A DNA stretch of 64,000 bases from Acidobacteriota bacterium. GTDB taxonomy: Bacteria; Acidobacteriota; UBA890; WLXD01. Positions 21,028 through 30,646 of the stretch are shown here, one piece after another; the stretch's first letter is position 1, and every line of letters starts with the position of its first letter. Location of the stretch: assembly GCA_965205505.1 (NCBI GenBank), contig CBDBHB010000009.1:1952001-2016000 (forward strand), given 5' to 3'. A program made the translations under genes and the position numbers. Under the pieces are notes generated by a model. It ran no database searches. It had not been told where the DNA came from and saw nothing but the letters and a program-made list of their open reading frames with translations.

Positions 21028-22476
21028 ATGGGCGAGCCCCTGGGCTTCTATATCGACGGGCAGTGGACGACGCCGCGGGGTGACGTAAGTACGGCCCCGG
21101 TGATCAACCCGGCCACCGAAGAGACGATCGCCGAAATCTACCTGGGTAATGCGGCGGACATCGATCGCGCCGTCAGCGCCGCCCGCGCCGCCTTCGACGG
21201 GTATTCGACGAGCTCTGTGGCAGAGCGCATCGAGCTCGCCGAGCAGATCGTCGCGGTGTTCAAGCGTCGCTACGACGAGATGGTCGACGCCATCATCAGC
21301 GAGATGGGTGCGCCTCATGACCTGAGCTACCGGTCGCAAGCGGCGTGCGGCCCAGGGCACTTCGAAGCCACCATTGCCGCGTTGAGGGGCCTCTCGCTGG
21401 AAGAAAAATCCGGGCGCAGCGGCAACGTCGTGCTGGAGCCGATAGGTGTATGTGGATTGATCATTCCCTGGAACTGGCCGATCAACCAGCTGGCCTGCAA
21501 GGTGGCGCCGGCGCTGCTGGCCGGTTGCACGATGGTGCTCAAGCCCAGCGAGCTGTCACCGCTGTCGGCGCATCTGTTCGCCGAGTTCGTCGACGAAGTC
21601 GGCGTGCCGGCCGGCGTGTTCAACATGGTGCACGGGGAGGGTCCGGTAGTGGGGGCCCGGCTTGCCGAACATCCCGATGTCGACCTCGTGTCGCTCACCG
21701 GCTCGACGCGCGCCGGGTCCGCCGTCGCCAAGGCCGCAGCCGACAGCGTCAAGCGGGTGCTACAGGAGCTCGGCGGTAAGTCGCCCAACGTGATCTTCGA
21801 GGACGCCGACCTCGAGGGGGCGGTGCGCAAGGGTGTTCTGCACTGCTTCGAGAACACCGGGCAATCATGCAACGCCCCGACGCGCATGTTGGTTCACGAG
21901 AGCGTCTATGACCAGGCGGTCGAGACCGCAGTGCGGGTAGGCGAGGGCGTGGAAGTGGGTGACCCCACCGAGAGCGGGTCCCACATTGGACCTCTGGTGT
22001 CCAAGACACAGTTCGACAAGGTGCAGCGCTTGATCAACATCGGCGTCGACGAGGGCGCGGAGCTAGCCCTGGGTGGCCCGGGCAAGCCGGAAGGCCACGA
22101 TACTGGGTACTTCGTCAGGCCGACGATCTTCGCGGGCGTTAACAACCGGATGACCATTGCCCGAGAAGAGATCTTCGGCCCGGTGCTGTGCATGATCCGG
22201 TTCGCCGACGAGGAGGAGGCGATCCGCATCGCCAACGATACGCCGTACGGTCTTGGCGCCTACGTTCACACGCAGGACTGGGACCGTGCGCGGCGGGTCG
22301 CCCGGCGGCTCAAGGCCGGAAGCGTGTACCTCAACGGCAACGCCCAGGACTACGACTCTCCGTTCGGTGGCTACAAGCAGTCGGGTAACGGCCGCGAATG
22401 GGGTGGCCACGGGCTCGAGGAGTTTCTCGAGACGAAGGTCATCAACGGCTTCTACGCCGAGAAGGCCAGGTACTAG
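21028..22476 (+). CDS. Aldehyde dehydrogenase
   Basis: PWNWP, KPSE, LTGSTRAG, ELGGKSP, GQSCNA (catalytic Cys), EEIFGPV, PFGGYKQSG. Confidence 0.95.
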   Translation: MGEPLGFYIDGQWTTPRGDVSTAPVINPATEETIAEIYLGNAADIDRAVSAARAAFDGYSTSSVAERIELAEQIVAVFKRRYDEMVDAIISEMGAPHDLSYRSQAACGPGHFEATIAALRGLSLEEKSGRSGNVVLEPIGVCGLIIPWNWPINQLACKVAPALLAGCTMVLKPSELSPLSAHLFAEFVDEVGVPAGVFNMVHGEGPVVGARLAEHPDVDLVSLTGSTRAGSAVAKAAADSVKRVLQELGGKSPNVIFEDADLEGAVRKGVLHCFENTGQSCNAPTRMLVHESVYDQAVETAVRVGEGVEVGDPTESGSHIGPLVSKTQFDKVQRLINIGVDEGAELALGGPGKPEGHDTGYFVRPTIFAGVNNRMTIAREEIFGPVLCMIRFADEEEAIRIANDTPYGLGAYVHTQDWDRARRVARRLKAGSVYLNGNAQDYDSPFGGYKQSGNGREWGGHGLEEFLETKVINGFYAEKARY

Positions 22477-22545
22477 TCAAACGACCGCGGTAAGCCCGTC
22501 TGGTCGTGAGCCGGCTCTGAGGATGGTGCACGAGACGACCTGGCC

Positions 22546-23733
22546 ATGAAGATCGTTGACGCCAAGACCTTTGTGGTCGGCAACCCGGAGCCAGGCTTCG
22601 GTGGTCGCTACTTCGTTTTTGTCAAACTGACCACCGATGGGGGTGTCGAGGGGATCGGCGAGGCCTACGGCGTACCCTTCCATCCACACGTTGCGGCAAG
22701 CATGATCGAGGACGTCTGCGCCCGCGGTGTCATTGACCACGATCCCTTCAAGATCGAGCTGCTGTGGCGCCGCGTCTACTCTGACGGATACAGCCAACAT
22801 CCCGATTTGGCCACCATGGGCGTGCTCAGCGGCGTCGAGATGGCCTGCTGGGACATCATCGGCAAGGAGCTCGATAGGCCGGTTTACGAGTTCCTTGGAG
22901 GGCAGGTCCACGAGCGGTTGCGCTCGTACACATATCTGTATGCCGAGGAAGGCGACGGCGTCGACGTGTACCTCGATCCCGAGCTGGCGGCCGAGCGCGC
23001 CGTCGCGTATGTCGATCGGGGCTTCACCGCCATCAAGTTCGATCCGGCAGGTCCTTACTCCGCCTTCGACCCTCGTCAGCTATCGATCGAGGCGCTCGAT
23101 CGATCGGAGCGTTACGTGAGGCGCATCCGAGAGGCGGTCGGGACTCGGGCAGACCTGCTGTTCGGTACGCACGGTCAAATGACTGCCGCGAGCGCTATCC
23201 GTCTCGCCAAGCGCCTGGAGAAGTACGATCCGCTGTGGCTGGAAGAGCCGACGCCGCCGGAGAACGCCGTGGAGATGGGTGCTGTGGCTCGTGCTACCTG
23301 CATTCCTATCGCCGCCGGCGAGCGTCTCACGACGAAACACGATTTCGCCCGCCTGCTGCACGAGCGGGCCGCGGCGATTCTGCAGATCAACCTCGGGCGC
23401 TGCGGTGGGATCCTCGAGGCCAAGAAGATTGCCGGCATGGCAGAAGCTCACTACGCACAGATCGCGCCACACCTGTATGGTGGTCCGGTGGTGGGTGCGG
23501 CGAACATCCAGATCAGCACCTGCAGCCCCAATTTCCTCCTTCTCGAGGGCATACGTACCTGGGGCGGCTTCCACGCAGAGATACTCAAGTCGCCGATACA
23601 GTGGGAGGACGGTTTCGTCATCCCACCAACCGCGCCAGGGCTCGGCGTCGAGCTCGACGAGGTCGTGGCGGAGCAGCACCCGTACGAAGGCGACGAGCTC
23701 CACCTCGCCCCAGCCGACGACCCGGTCGTCTAG
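22546..23733 (+). CDS. Mandelate racemase/muconate lactonizing enzyme (enolase superfamily) protein
   Basis: EMACWDIIGK, KFD, WLEEP, GER, APH, PGLGVELD. Confidence 0.9.
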   Translation: MKIVDAKTFVVGNPEPGFGGRYFVFVKLTTDGGVEGIGEAYGVPFHPHVAASMIEDVCARGVIDHDPFKIELLWRRVYSDGYSQHPDLATMGVLSGVEMACWDIIGKELDRPVYEFLGGQVHERLRSYTYLYAEEGDGVDVYLDPELAAERAVAYVDRGFTAIKFDPAGPYSAFDPRQLSIEALDRSERYVRRIREAVGTRADLLFGTHGQMTAASAIRLAKRLEKYDPLWLEEPTPPENAVEMGAVARATCIPIAAGERLTTKHDFARLLHERAAAILQINLGRCGGILEAKKIAGMAEAHYAQIAPHLYGGPVVGAANIQISTCSPNFLLLEGIRTWGGFHAEILKSPIQWEDGFVIPPTAPGLGVELDEVVAEQHPYEGDELHLAPADDPVV

Positions 23734-23921
23734 CAGGGTGCTGAAGAACTCTGGTGGGTCTGGTTATGGCGACGCCGTAACCCGTAGGGCGCGCGGGGGT
23801 TGCCGACGATCTCAGCGTCAGAGCTCCTCGACGATGCGCCTTGGCATCGCCATCGTCCCTCTTCCTTGATCTCGCCAGCAAGACCCACGCGCCAGACCCA
23901 CCAGAGTTCTTCAGCACCCTG
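23734..23921. mobile_element. MITE (188 bp), perfect 30-bp TIRs, CTAG on both sides
   Basis: CTAG|CAGGGTGCTGAAGAACTCTGGTGGGTCTGG...CCAGACCCACCAGAGTTCTTCAGCACCCTG|CTAG; left CTAG contains the upstream gene's stop codon. Confidence 0.9.
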
Positions 23922-23935
23922 CTAGGGCTAGAGCC

Positions 23936-25204
23936 ATGGAATCGAACCCCCCAGGTCAGCCCCCCGGACGCGTCCACGTGGACCGGAGGCTCAAGTACCT
24001 GCAGGTGCTGCTGCTGTCGCTGGCCGCATCGTTTATTTATAGCGCCCCGTACCTGCGTCAGTTGTTCAGGTCACCGCTAATGGAGGTGTTTCAGCTCACC
24101 GAGGCACAGCTGGGCAACCTGAGCTCGACCTACGCAGTGGCGTCCGTGATCTGCTACCTGCCGGGCGGCTGGCTGGCCGACAAGGTGGCGCCGCGGCGGC
24201 TGGTGGTCATCTCGCTGCTGACCGGCGCGGCGACGTTCTTTTGGATCGCCACCATCCCCAGCTACCGGTCGCTGCTGGCGATCTATGCGGCGTGGGGTGT
24301 CATCGGCGTGCTGATCCTGTGGTCGGCGATGCTCAAGCAGGTCCGATTGCTCGGCAGCGCCGACGAGCAGGGACGCTTGTTCGGGTTGCTGGAGGGTTCC
24401 CGAGGACTGCTCGAGGCAATCATCATGACCATCGCCTCGTTGCTGTTCAGCTGGTTTGCGACCCAGACGCTGGGCATGTCCGCGGTGTTCGGTTTCTACG
24501 GTGTCTTGTCGGCCCTGATCGGTCTGTGGATACTCTTCGGCACAGGGTCCGCAGACACACCCGCGGACGAGCCCGCCGGCATCAAGCTGTCGGAGGTGTT
24601 GCTGATCGTCCGTGAGCCAACTGTGTGGCTGATGTGCATCATGTTGACGGCGGTCTTTCATCTGTTCTGGGCAGCCATCGAGTTTCCGAGCTTCGGCGAA
24701 CGTGCCGGGTTCGGGATGACGGTGGCCGCGACCCTCGCGCTCGGAACGATAAGAGTGTGGATGCGTCCGATCGGTGGCGTATTCGGCGGTGTCGTCGGTG
24801 ATCGGGTCACCAACCCGCGTGCGTTGCTGTGGCTGTTTGCCTGCGGTGCGGCGATCTGCGCGTTCCTGGCGACAATGAACACGGGCCCCGGCGCTGCCTG
24901 GATCTTGTGGGCGCTGGTCGTGCCATTCGGTTGCCTCGTCTACGCGGTCCGGGGTTTGATCTGGGCGGTGTTGCAGGACTGTCCCATTCCCACCTACCTC
25001 ACCGGCACCGCCATCGGCTTCATCTCCATCATGGGCTACTCCTCGGACATCTACATCCCGCAGGTGAGTAGCTATCTGATCAGAACGTACGCCGACCAAG
25101 CCGGCTATCAGCTGTTCTTCGCCTACATCGCCGCAGCGTCGCTGATCGGCCTTGGCGCCACCCGGTGGTTGATGCGCCTGCGCGTTCGCCCGGCGCCGGA
25201 GTAG
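23936..25204 (+). CDS. MFS transporter
   Basis: About 12 TM segments, GGWLADKVAPRR motif-A-like loop. Confidence 0.9.
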   Translation: MESNPPGQPPGRVHVDRRLKYLQVLLLSLAASFIYSAPYLRQLFRSPLMEVFQLTEAQLGNLSSTYAVASVICYLPGGWLADKVAPRRLVVISLLTGAATFFWIATIPSYRSLLAIYAAWGVIGVLILWSAMLKQVRLLGSADEQGRLFGLLEGSRGLLEAIIMTIASLLFSWFATQTLGMSAVFGFYGVLSALIGLWILFGTGSADTPADEPAGIKLSEVLLIVREPTVWLMCIMLTAVFHLFWAAIEFPSFGERAGFGMTVAATLALGTIRVWMRPIGGVFGGVVGDRVTNPRALLWLFACGAAICAFLATMNTGPGAAWILWALVVPFGCLVYAVRGLIWAVLQDCPIPTYLTGTAIGFISIMGYSSDIYIPQVSSYLIRTYADQAGYQLFFAYIAAASLIGLGATRWLMRLRVRPAPE

Positions 25205-25222
25205 CCGGCGCCAAACGTGCGG

Positions 25223-26185
25223 TCAGTCGGTGTTTCCGTAGCTGCCGACCTCGACCCCGGGCTGCTCCGGCTCGGCATCGACGATCTCCGAGGGAAACCC
25301 CGCAGCGCGCAACTCGACGCCGCACGCTTCCTCGAGCCGTTTGACGATCATCGACGACCAGGCCCGGGGGCCGAACCGATGGTGGCCGTCCTTGAAGATG
25401 TCGAGGATCAGCGGCGACAGCTCGAGAGGCACATCCCGCCGCTGGGCGAGATCGTCGAACAGCCCCATGTCCTTGAGCACCAGATCCATCGTGAAGCCGA
25501 TGTTGTAGCTGCCGTTGAGAATCACCTGGCTCTCGGTCTCGTGCACGAAGGAGTTGCCGGATGAGATGCGGATGGCCTCGAACGTCGTGCTCAGGTCTAT
25601 CTCGGACTGCTTGGCAACCTTGAGGGCTTCACCGAGCGCAACGAGGTGCACCGAGCACAAGTAGTTGGTCACCACCTTGAGGATCGACGCCGATCCCAGA
25701 GGTCCGGTGTGGAGGATGCGCCGACCCATAGCGGAGAGCGCTGGCATCGCGGTCTCGAATGCGGCTCTGTCGCCACCGACAAGAATCGAGATATTCCCGG
25801 TAGTGGCCCGGTGGCAGCCGCCCGACACGGGGGCGTCGAGGGCGCTGGCCCCGAGCTGGCGCACTCGCGCGCCAAGGCGCTGCACCTCGGTCGCATCGGT
25901 GGTGCTCATCTCCATCCAGATCTGCCCAGGCTGCATGCCCGACAGGACGCCGTCGGTCGACTCCATCACGTCGGCGACCGCCTGCGGCGTCGGCAGGCAG
26001 GTGATGACGAGGTCTACGGCAGCCGCTAGCTGGCGCGGAGAATCTGCGGGCCCGGCGCCGTTTTCGACGACTTGCTGCGTCGCGTCTTGATTCAGGTCGT
26101 GAACCACGAGATCGAATCCGTTGCGCTGCAGGCTCGCAGCGAGCTTGCCCCCCACATTGCCCAGTCCGATGAAACCGACTCTCAT
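25223..26185 (-). CDS. NAD(P)-dependent oxidoreductase, 3-hydroxyisobutyrate dehydrogenase family
   Basis: MRVGFIGLGNVG Rossmann start, MSTT, DAPVSGG, LKVVTN, FTMDLVLKD. Confidence 0.9.
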   Translation of the reverse strand: MRVGFIGLGNVGGKLAASLQRNGFDLVVHDLNQDATQQVVENGAGPADSPRQLAAAVDLVITCLPTPQAVADVMESTDGVLSGMQPGQIWMEMSTTDATEVQRLGARVRQLGASALDAPVSGGCHRATTGNISILVGGDRAAFETAMPALSAMGRRILHTGPLGSASILKVVTNYLCSVHLVALGEALKVAKQSEIDLSTTFEAIRISSGNSFVHETESQVILNGSYNIGFTMDLVLKDMGLFDDLAQRRDVPLELSPLILDIFKDGHHRFGPRAWSSMIVKRLEEACGVELRAAGFPSEIVDAEPEQPGVEVGSYGNTD

Positions 26186-26267
26186 ATCGCGCTCCGTACC
26201 GCTACAGTGTGATCGCCTCGATCGCCGTATTGTTGCAAATAGACTCCGTCGCAGCAGGGAGGCAGAC

Positions 26268-27035
26268 GTGAAGAACTGGAAGTTGATCGGCGTCGCTGCA
26301 GCCCTCATGGCCAGCGGCGTGGCGCTCCCGGCAGATGGTGAATCGCAGGAGTGGACGCAGCTCTTCAACGGCAAGGACCTGACTGGGTGGACTCCCAAGA
26401 TCACTGGCTACGAGCTCGGCGACAACTTCGGCGACACGTTTCGTGTGGAGGACGGCGTCCTGAAGGTGGTTTACGACGCCTACGACACCTTCGCCGGCCG
26501 CTTCGGGCATCTGTTCTTTGCCGAGTCGTTTTCGAATTACGTGCTTCGCGTTGAATACCGGTTCGTCGGGGAGCAGGTTCCGGGAGGGCCAGACTGGGCG
26601 ATCCGCAACAGCGGTATCATGATCCACGGGCAGCCTCCGGAAAGCATGCAGCGCGACACGGACTTCCCGGTGTCGATCGAGGTGCAGCTGCTGGGGGGCG
26701 ACGGCGCCACGGAGCGCCCCACGGCAAACCTGTGCACGCCTGGCACCCACGTTGTCATGGACGGCGAGCTGGTGACGCAGCACTGCACGAACTCGACCTC
26801 CAAGACGTACCACGGCGATCAATGGGTCACGGTCGAGGTCGAGGTGCGGGGCAACGCCTTGGTCAGACATCTGATCGATGGCGAGGCGCTGATCGAATAC
26901 TCGGAGCCCCAGTTAGATGAGAGCGACCCGGTGGCGCGGCAGCGTGCCGCGGGCAGCGGCATCATGCTGAGCGGTGGATCGATCTCGCTACAGTCGGAGA
27001 GCCACCCGGTCGAGTTTCGCAGGGTCGAGTTGTGA
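26268..27035 (+). CDS. Secreted DUF1080 / 3-keto-disaccharide hydrolase-like protein
   Basis: Signal peptide, LFNGKDLTGW, NSGI, SIEVQL, ISLQSESHPVEFR; GGAGG RBS before GTG 26268. Confidence 0.88.
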   Translation: MKNWKLIGVAAALMASGVALPADGESQEWTQLFNGKDLTGWTPKITGYELGDNFGDTFRVEDGVLKVVYDAYDTFAGRFGHLFFAESFSNYVLRVEYRFVGEQVPGGPDWAIRNSGIMIHGQPPESMQRDTDFPVSIEVQLLGGDGATERPTANLCTPGTHVVMDGELVTQHCTNSTSKTYHGDQWVTVEVEVRGNALVRHLIDGEALIEYSEPQLDESDPVARQRAAGSGIMLSGGSISLQSESHPVEFRRVEL

Positions 27036-27089
27036 AGGCTGAGATAAGACAAGCACATCCGGGGCGACGAGCACGGGCCGGGGCGCGTG

Positions 27090-28166
27090 TCAGCGAGAGG
27101 TATTTGGCAGGAGCCCGCGCGCGATGGCGAGCTCGGCGGCCAGGATCGCGCCTCCGGCGGCGCCCCGTACGGTGTTGTGCGACAGGGCCACGAACTTGAA
27201 GTCGAGAACCGGGCAATCTCGTAGGCGCCCCACGGACACTGACATGCCCTTTCCCAGGTCGCGGTGCAGTCGCGGTTGTGGATCGGCGACCCCGGTCAGA
27301 TAGTGCACCGGGCGAGTCGGTGCTGAAGGGAGCCCGAGCTGCTGGGGCTCGGCGCTGAAGCGATCCCAGGCTTTCAACAGGTCGTCTCGCGTCGCCGCGC
27401 TACCTAGCCGGACGGAGACGCACGAGGTGTGTCCGTCGATCACCGCGACGCGATTGCAGGCGGCACTAACGACGATCGGCGCCGGATTGATCGCACCTGC
27501 TTCCAGCACCCCGAGGATCTTGCAGCATTCAGTCTCGATCTTGTCTTCCTCTCCGTCGATGTACGGCAGTACGTTGTCGAGCATCTGTAGACTCGATACC
27601 CCGGGAAGCCCTGCGCCCGAGACCGCCTGTAGCGTGACCACTGAGAACGCCTCGACGCCGAAGACGTCGAACAGCGGCTTCAGGGCCAGCACAACGCCGA
27701 TGGTGGAGCAGTTGGGGTTGGTGATGATGGCACCGGAATGTTGCTGCAGAGGGGCCAGGTCGAGGTGCGCCGCATTGACCTCGGGCACGAGCAGCGGCAC
27801 GTCTGCGTCCATGCGGTGGTTCTTGGCGTTGGACACGACCAGCGACCCGGCCTCGGCAAAGCCGCTCTCGATGTCGCCGGCGACACTCGAGTCCAGCGAC
27901 GAGAACGCCAGCGGGCAATCTTCGCGAGACGCACACCGTTGCACGATCATTCCGGCGACGCGATCGGGCAGGGGAGTGGATTGAACCCAGTTAGTGGCCT
28001 CGTAGTAGCTTTTGCCGGCGGATCGGTCCGAGGCCATGAGCGCACGGATGTCGAACCACGGGTGCTCTGCCAGCAGGCTTACGAAACGCTGGCCGACGCT
28101 CCCGGTGGCGCCCAGCACGCAGACCGGGATCTTTTCACTGAGTCCGAGGTCTCGCAGGGTCCTCAC
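27090..28166 (-). CDS. asd: Aspartate-semialdehyde dehydrogenase (archaeal/fungal-like type)
   Basis: LGATGSVGQRF, SNAKNHRM, PEVN, NPNCST, QAVSGAG, HNTVRGAAG. Confidence 0.93.
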   Translation of the reverse strand: MRTLRDLGLSEKIPVCVLGATGSVGQRFVSLLAEHPWFDIRALMASDRSAGKSYYEATNWVQSTPLPDRVAGMIVQRCASREDCPLAFSSLDSSVAGDIESGFAEAGSLVVSNAKNHRMDADVPLLVPEVNAAHLDLAPLQQHSGAIITNPNCSTIGVVLALKPLFDVFGVEAFSVVTLQAVSGAGLPGVSSLQMLDNVLPYIDGEEDKIETECCKILGVLEAGAINPAPIVVSAACNRVAVIDGHTSCVSVRLGSAATRDDLLKAWDRFSAEPQQLGLPSAPTRPVHYLTGVADPQPRLHRDLGKGMSVSVGRLRDCPVLDFKFVALSHNTVRGAAGGAILAAELAIARGLLPNTSR

Positions 28167-30616
28167 GTGGGTACTCCCTCTCGTGCTGGTCGCGGCACGG
28201 CCACCGTCGCGCCCGAGTCTCTCACTGCTCTGAGGATATCCACTAGCACGCCGGCGGCGGTCACCGCGGGACCCGCCCCGGGGCCCTGCACCACCAGCGG
28301 CGTGTCACTGTAGCGCTCGGTCCAGAAAGCGAAGAGGTTGTCGCGATCTCGGACACCGGCACACGGATGCTCGGAAGAGATCTCCCGCAGACCGACGCTT
28401 GCTCCCTGATCATCCAGCCTGGCCAAATAGCACAGGCTGTGGCCGCCTCGCGCGCTTTCTGCTTGGCGCTGCGCGAAGCCTTCGTCGAGGGTCTCCAGCC
28501 CGGCCCAGAACTCGTCGAGCGACCCCGCGGTGAGCGATGCATCGGTGACCAGTGGCTCGACTCGAATGTCGCCGGGCTCCAGCGCGCGCCCTGCCACCCG
28601 TGCCAGGATCAGCATCTTGCGGGCCACGTCCATGCCGCTCAGATCATCACGCGGATCGGGTTCCGTGTAGCCCGCCTCGTGCGCCTGGCGCACCGCGGCG
28701 CTGAACGCCACACCGTGTCTCAATCTGTCCATCAAGTAACTCAGGGTCCCTGAGAAGGTGCCCTCGATCTTCAGCAGACGGTCACCGCTCGCCAACAAAT
28801 CGGTCAGTGTGCGGATCACCGGTAGGCCGGCGCCAACCGTAGCCTCGTGGTACAAGCCAGCGTTGCCCGCGGGTGCCCCGCGGATGGCCTCCCAGGCATG
28901 GAACGTGCTCGCCAGCGGCTTCTTGTTTGCGGTGGCCACGGCGACGCCGGCACGCAGCAGCGGCGCATAGACTTCCCCGATCTCCTCCGACGCGGTGCAG
29001 TCCACGAACACCCGACAGCCGTCGAGGCCGCGAGTCCACTCCACCAGCTCGGTCAGGTCCGCGGCGCGCTCGCCCGCTTCCCCGTCGACCAGGCCCGTGC
29101 TGCTCATGCTCATGAGGCGGCTGTTGGCGACTCCGACGACCACCAGGCCGGGCTGCATCTTGGCGGCTGCCCGCAGCTGTCGTAGTAGCTCCGACCCCAC
29201 TCTACCGGTGCCTACGACCACGATGCGTGCCTGTACGGGGTCTTCGAACAAGCACGCGTGGGTCGCCCGGAGTGCACGGCCTTCGTCCGCCCTGTCGACG
29301 ACCAACGAGATGTTGAGCTCCGAGGAGCCCTGGGCGATCGCGTGAATGTTCACCCCGCCGGCGCCCAGTACACTGCACAGCTTTCCGGCAATTCCAGGGG
29401 TGTGGCGCATGCCCTCACCGACCGCCGCCAGCACGGTGAGGTCGTGCTCTACGACGAGCTCGTCGATGAGCCCGGTACTCCGCTCGAAACGGAACTCCCT
29501 GTCGATCCGTACGCGTGCCTCGTCGATCGCGTCAGGCGGAACGGCCAGGCAGATGGAGTGCTCGCTGGATGACTGGCTGATCAGGATGACGTTTATCTCC
29601 TGACCAGCCAGCGCGCCGAACAGGCGCGCGGCAATTCCGGGCGTACCGACCATGCCGTCGCCCTCCAAACGCATCAGACTGACCCGGCTAATCGACGCGA
29701 TCCCGGACACCGCCCGCGACCGATTCGGGCGCTCGTTGTCGATGCGTGTGCCGGCGAAGCCAGGATTCATGGTGTTGCGAATTAGCAGGGGGATAGACGC
29801 GTTGCGTGCCGGGCGCACGGTCGGCGGATAGACCACTTTGGCGCCGAAGTGCGACAGCTCCATGAGCTCTTCGTAGCTGAGGTGGCCGATCGGGCGGGCC
29901 GCGGGAACGAGCCGCGGGTCGGCGCTCAGAACGCCGTCGACGTCGGTCCAGATTTCGATCACTTCTGCGCCGACGGCCGCCCCGGCCAGCGCCGCCGTCA
30001 GATCTGACCCGCCGCGTCCGAGCGTGGACGTCTTGCCGTCGGTGGTCGAGGCGATGAAGCCGGTGAGCACAGGTACTCCTTCTACCTCCATGAGATGGGC
30101 GCGAAGACGCTCGTAGGTGGCTTCCGTTTCCACCGCTGCGGCGCCGAAGCGTCGATCGGTGACGATTAGCTGCCGAGCATCACAGGGTTCGGCTGCCAAC
30201 CCTTCGCGTCGCAGCGCTTCGGCAACGACTTCGACCGACAGGCGCTCGCCGACAGAGAGGATCGAGTCGAGCGTCCGTGGGCTGCATTCGCCCACCAGGG
30301 TGACGCCTCGCAGACGGTCGCGTAGCCCACCCAGCACGGACTCGAGCCGCCCGGCCAGCACGTCACGGTCCGTTGGATCCCCAAGGGCCTCGAGCGCTTC
30401 CATGTGGCGCGACTCGATTTCGTCGCAGGTCGCCTCGAAGTCAGCGCCCGCGGCGGCTTGCTCCGACGCGCCGAGCAGCGCGTCGGTGACGCCACCCATG
30501 GCGGATACCACCATGCAGACGTTGTTGCTGATGGTCGCCTGCGCAACGATGCGCGCCGCCGCCGCTATCCGGTCGGCGTTCTGGAGCGACGTCCCGCCGA
30601 ACTTCAGGATCTTCAT
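28163..30616 (-). CDS. thrA: Bifunctional aspartokinase/homoserine dehydrogenase
   Basis: KFGGTS, TLGRGGSD, WTDVDG, two ACT domains (QSSSEHSI, QGSSELNI), ANKK, EATVGAGLP, GYTEPDPRDDLSG. Confidence 0.93.
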   Translation of the reverse strand: MKILKFGGTSLQNADRIAAAARIVAQATISNNVCMVVSAMGGVTDALLGASEQAAAGADFEATCDEIESRHMEALEALGDPTDRDVLAGRLESVLGGLRDRLRGVTLVGECSPRTLDSILSVGERLSVEVVAEALRREGLAAEPCDARQLIVTDRRFGAAAVETEATYERLRAHLMEVEGVPVLTGFIASTTDGKTSTLGRGGSDLTAALAGAAVGAEVIEIWTDVDGVLSADPRLVPAARPIGHLSYEELMELSHFGAKVVYPPTVRPARNASIPLLIRNTMNPGFAGTRIDNERPNRSRAVSGIASISRVSLMRLEGDGMVGTPGIAARLFGALAGQEINVILISQSSSEHSICLAVPPDAIDEARVRIDREFRFERSTGLIDELVVEHDLTVLAAVGEGMRHTPGIAGKLCSVLGAGGVNIHAIAQGSSELNISLVVDRADEGRALRATHACLFEDPVQARIVVVGTGRVGSELLRQLRAAAKMQPGLVVVGVANSRLMSMSSTGLVDGEAGERAADLTELVEWTRGLDGCRVFVDCTASEEIGEVYAPLLRAGVAVATANKKPLASTFHAWEAIRGAPAGNAGLYHEATVGAGLPVIRTLTDLLASGDRLLKIEGTFSGTLSYLMDRLRHGVAFSAAVRQAHEAGYTEPDPRDDLSGMDVARKMLILARVAGRALEPGDIRVEPLVTDASLTAGSLDEFWAGLETLDEGFAQRQAESARGGHSLCYLARLDDQGASVGLREISSEHPCAGVRDRDNLFAFWTERYSDTPLVVQGPGAGPAVTAAGVLVDILRAVRDSGATVAVPRPAREGVPT

Positions 30617-30646
30617 GTGAACAACCGGAGCTCGTGATTGCCGTGG

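Noticed and set aside
6411-23925. 30-bp repeats as a CRISPR array
   Set aside because: Copies are dispersed and inverted, with no regular spacers and no cas genes
27030-27047. TGA near the end of the DUF1080 gene as a second Sec codon
   Set aside because: No redox motif or convincing SECIS; only three codons follow before TAA
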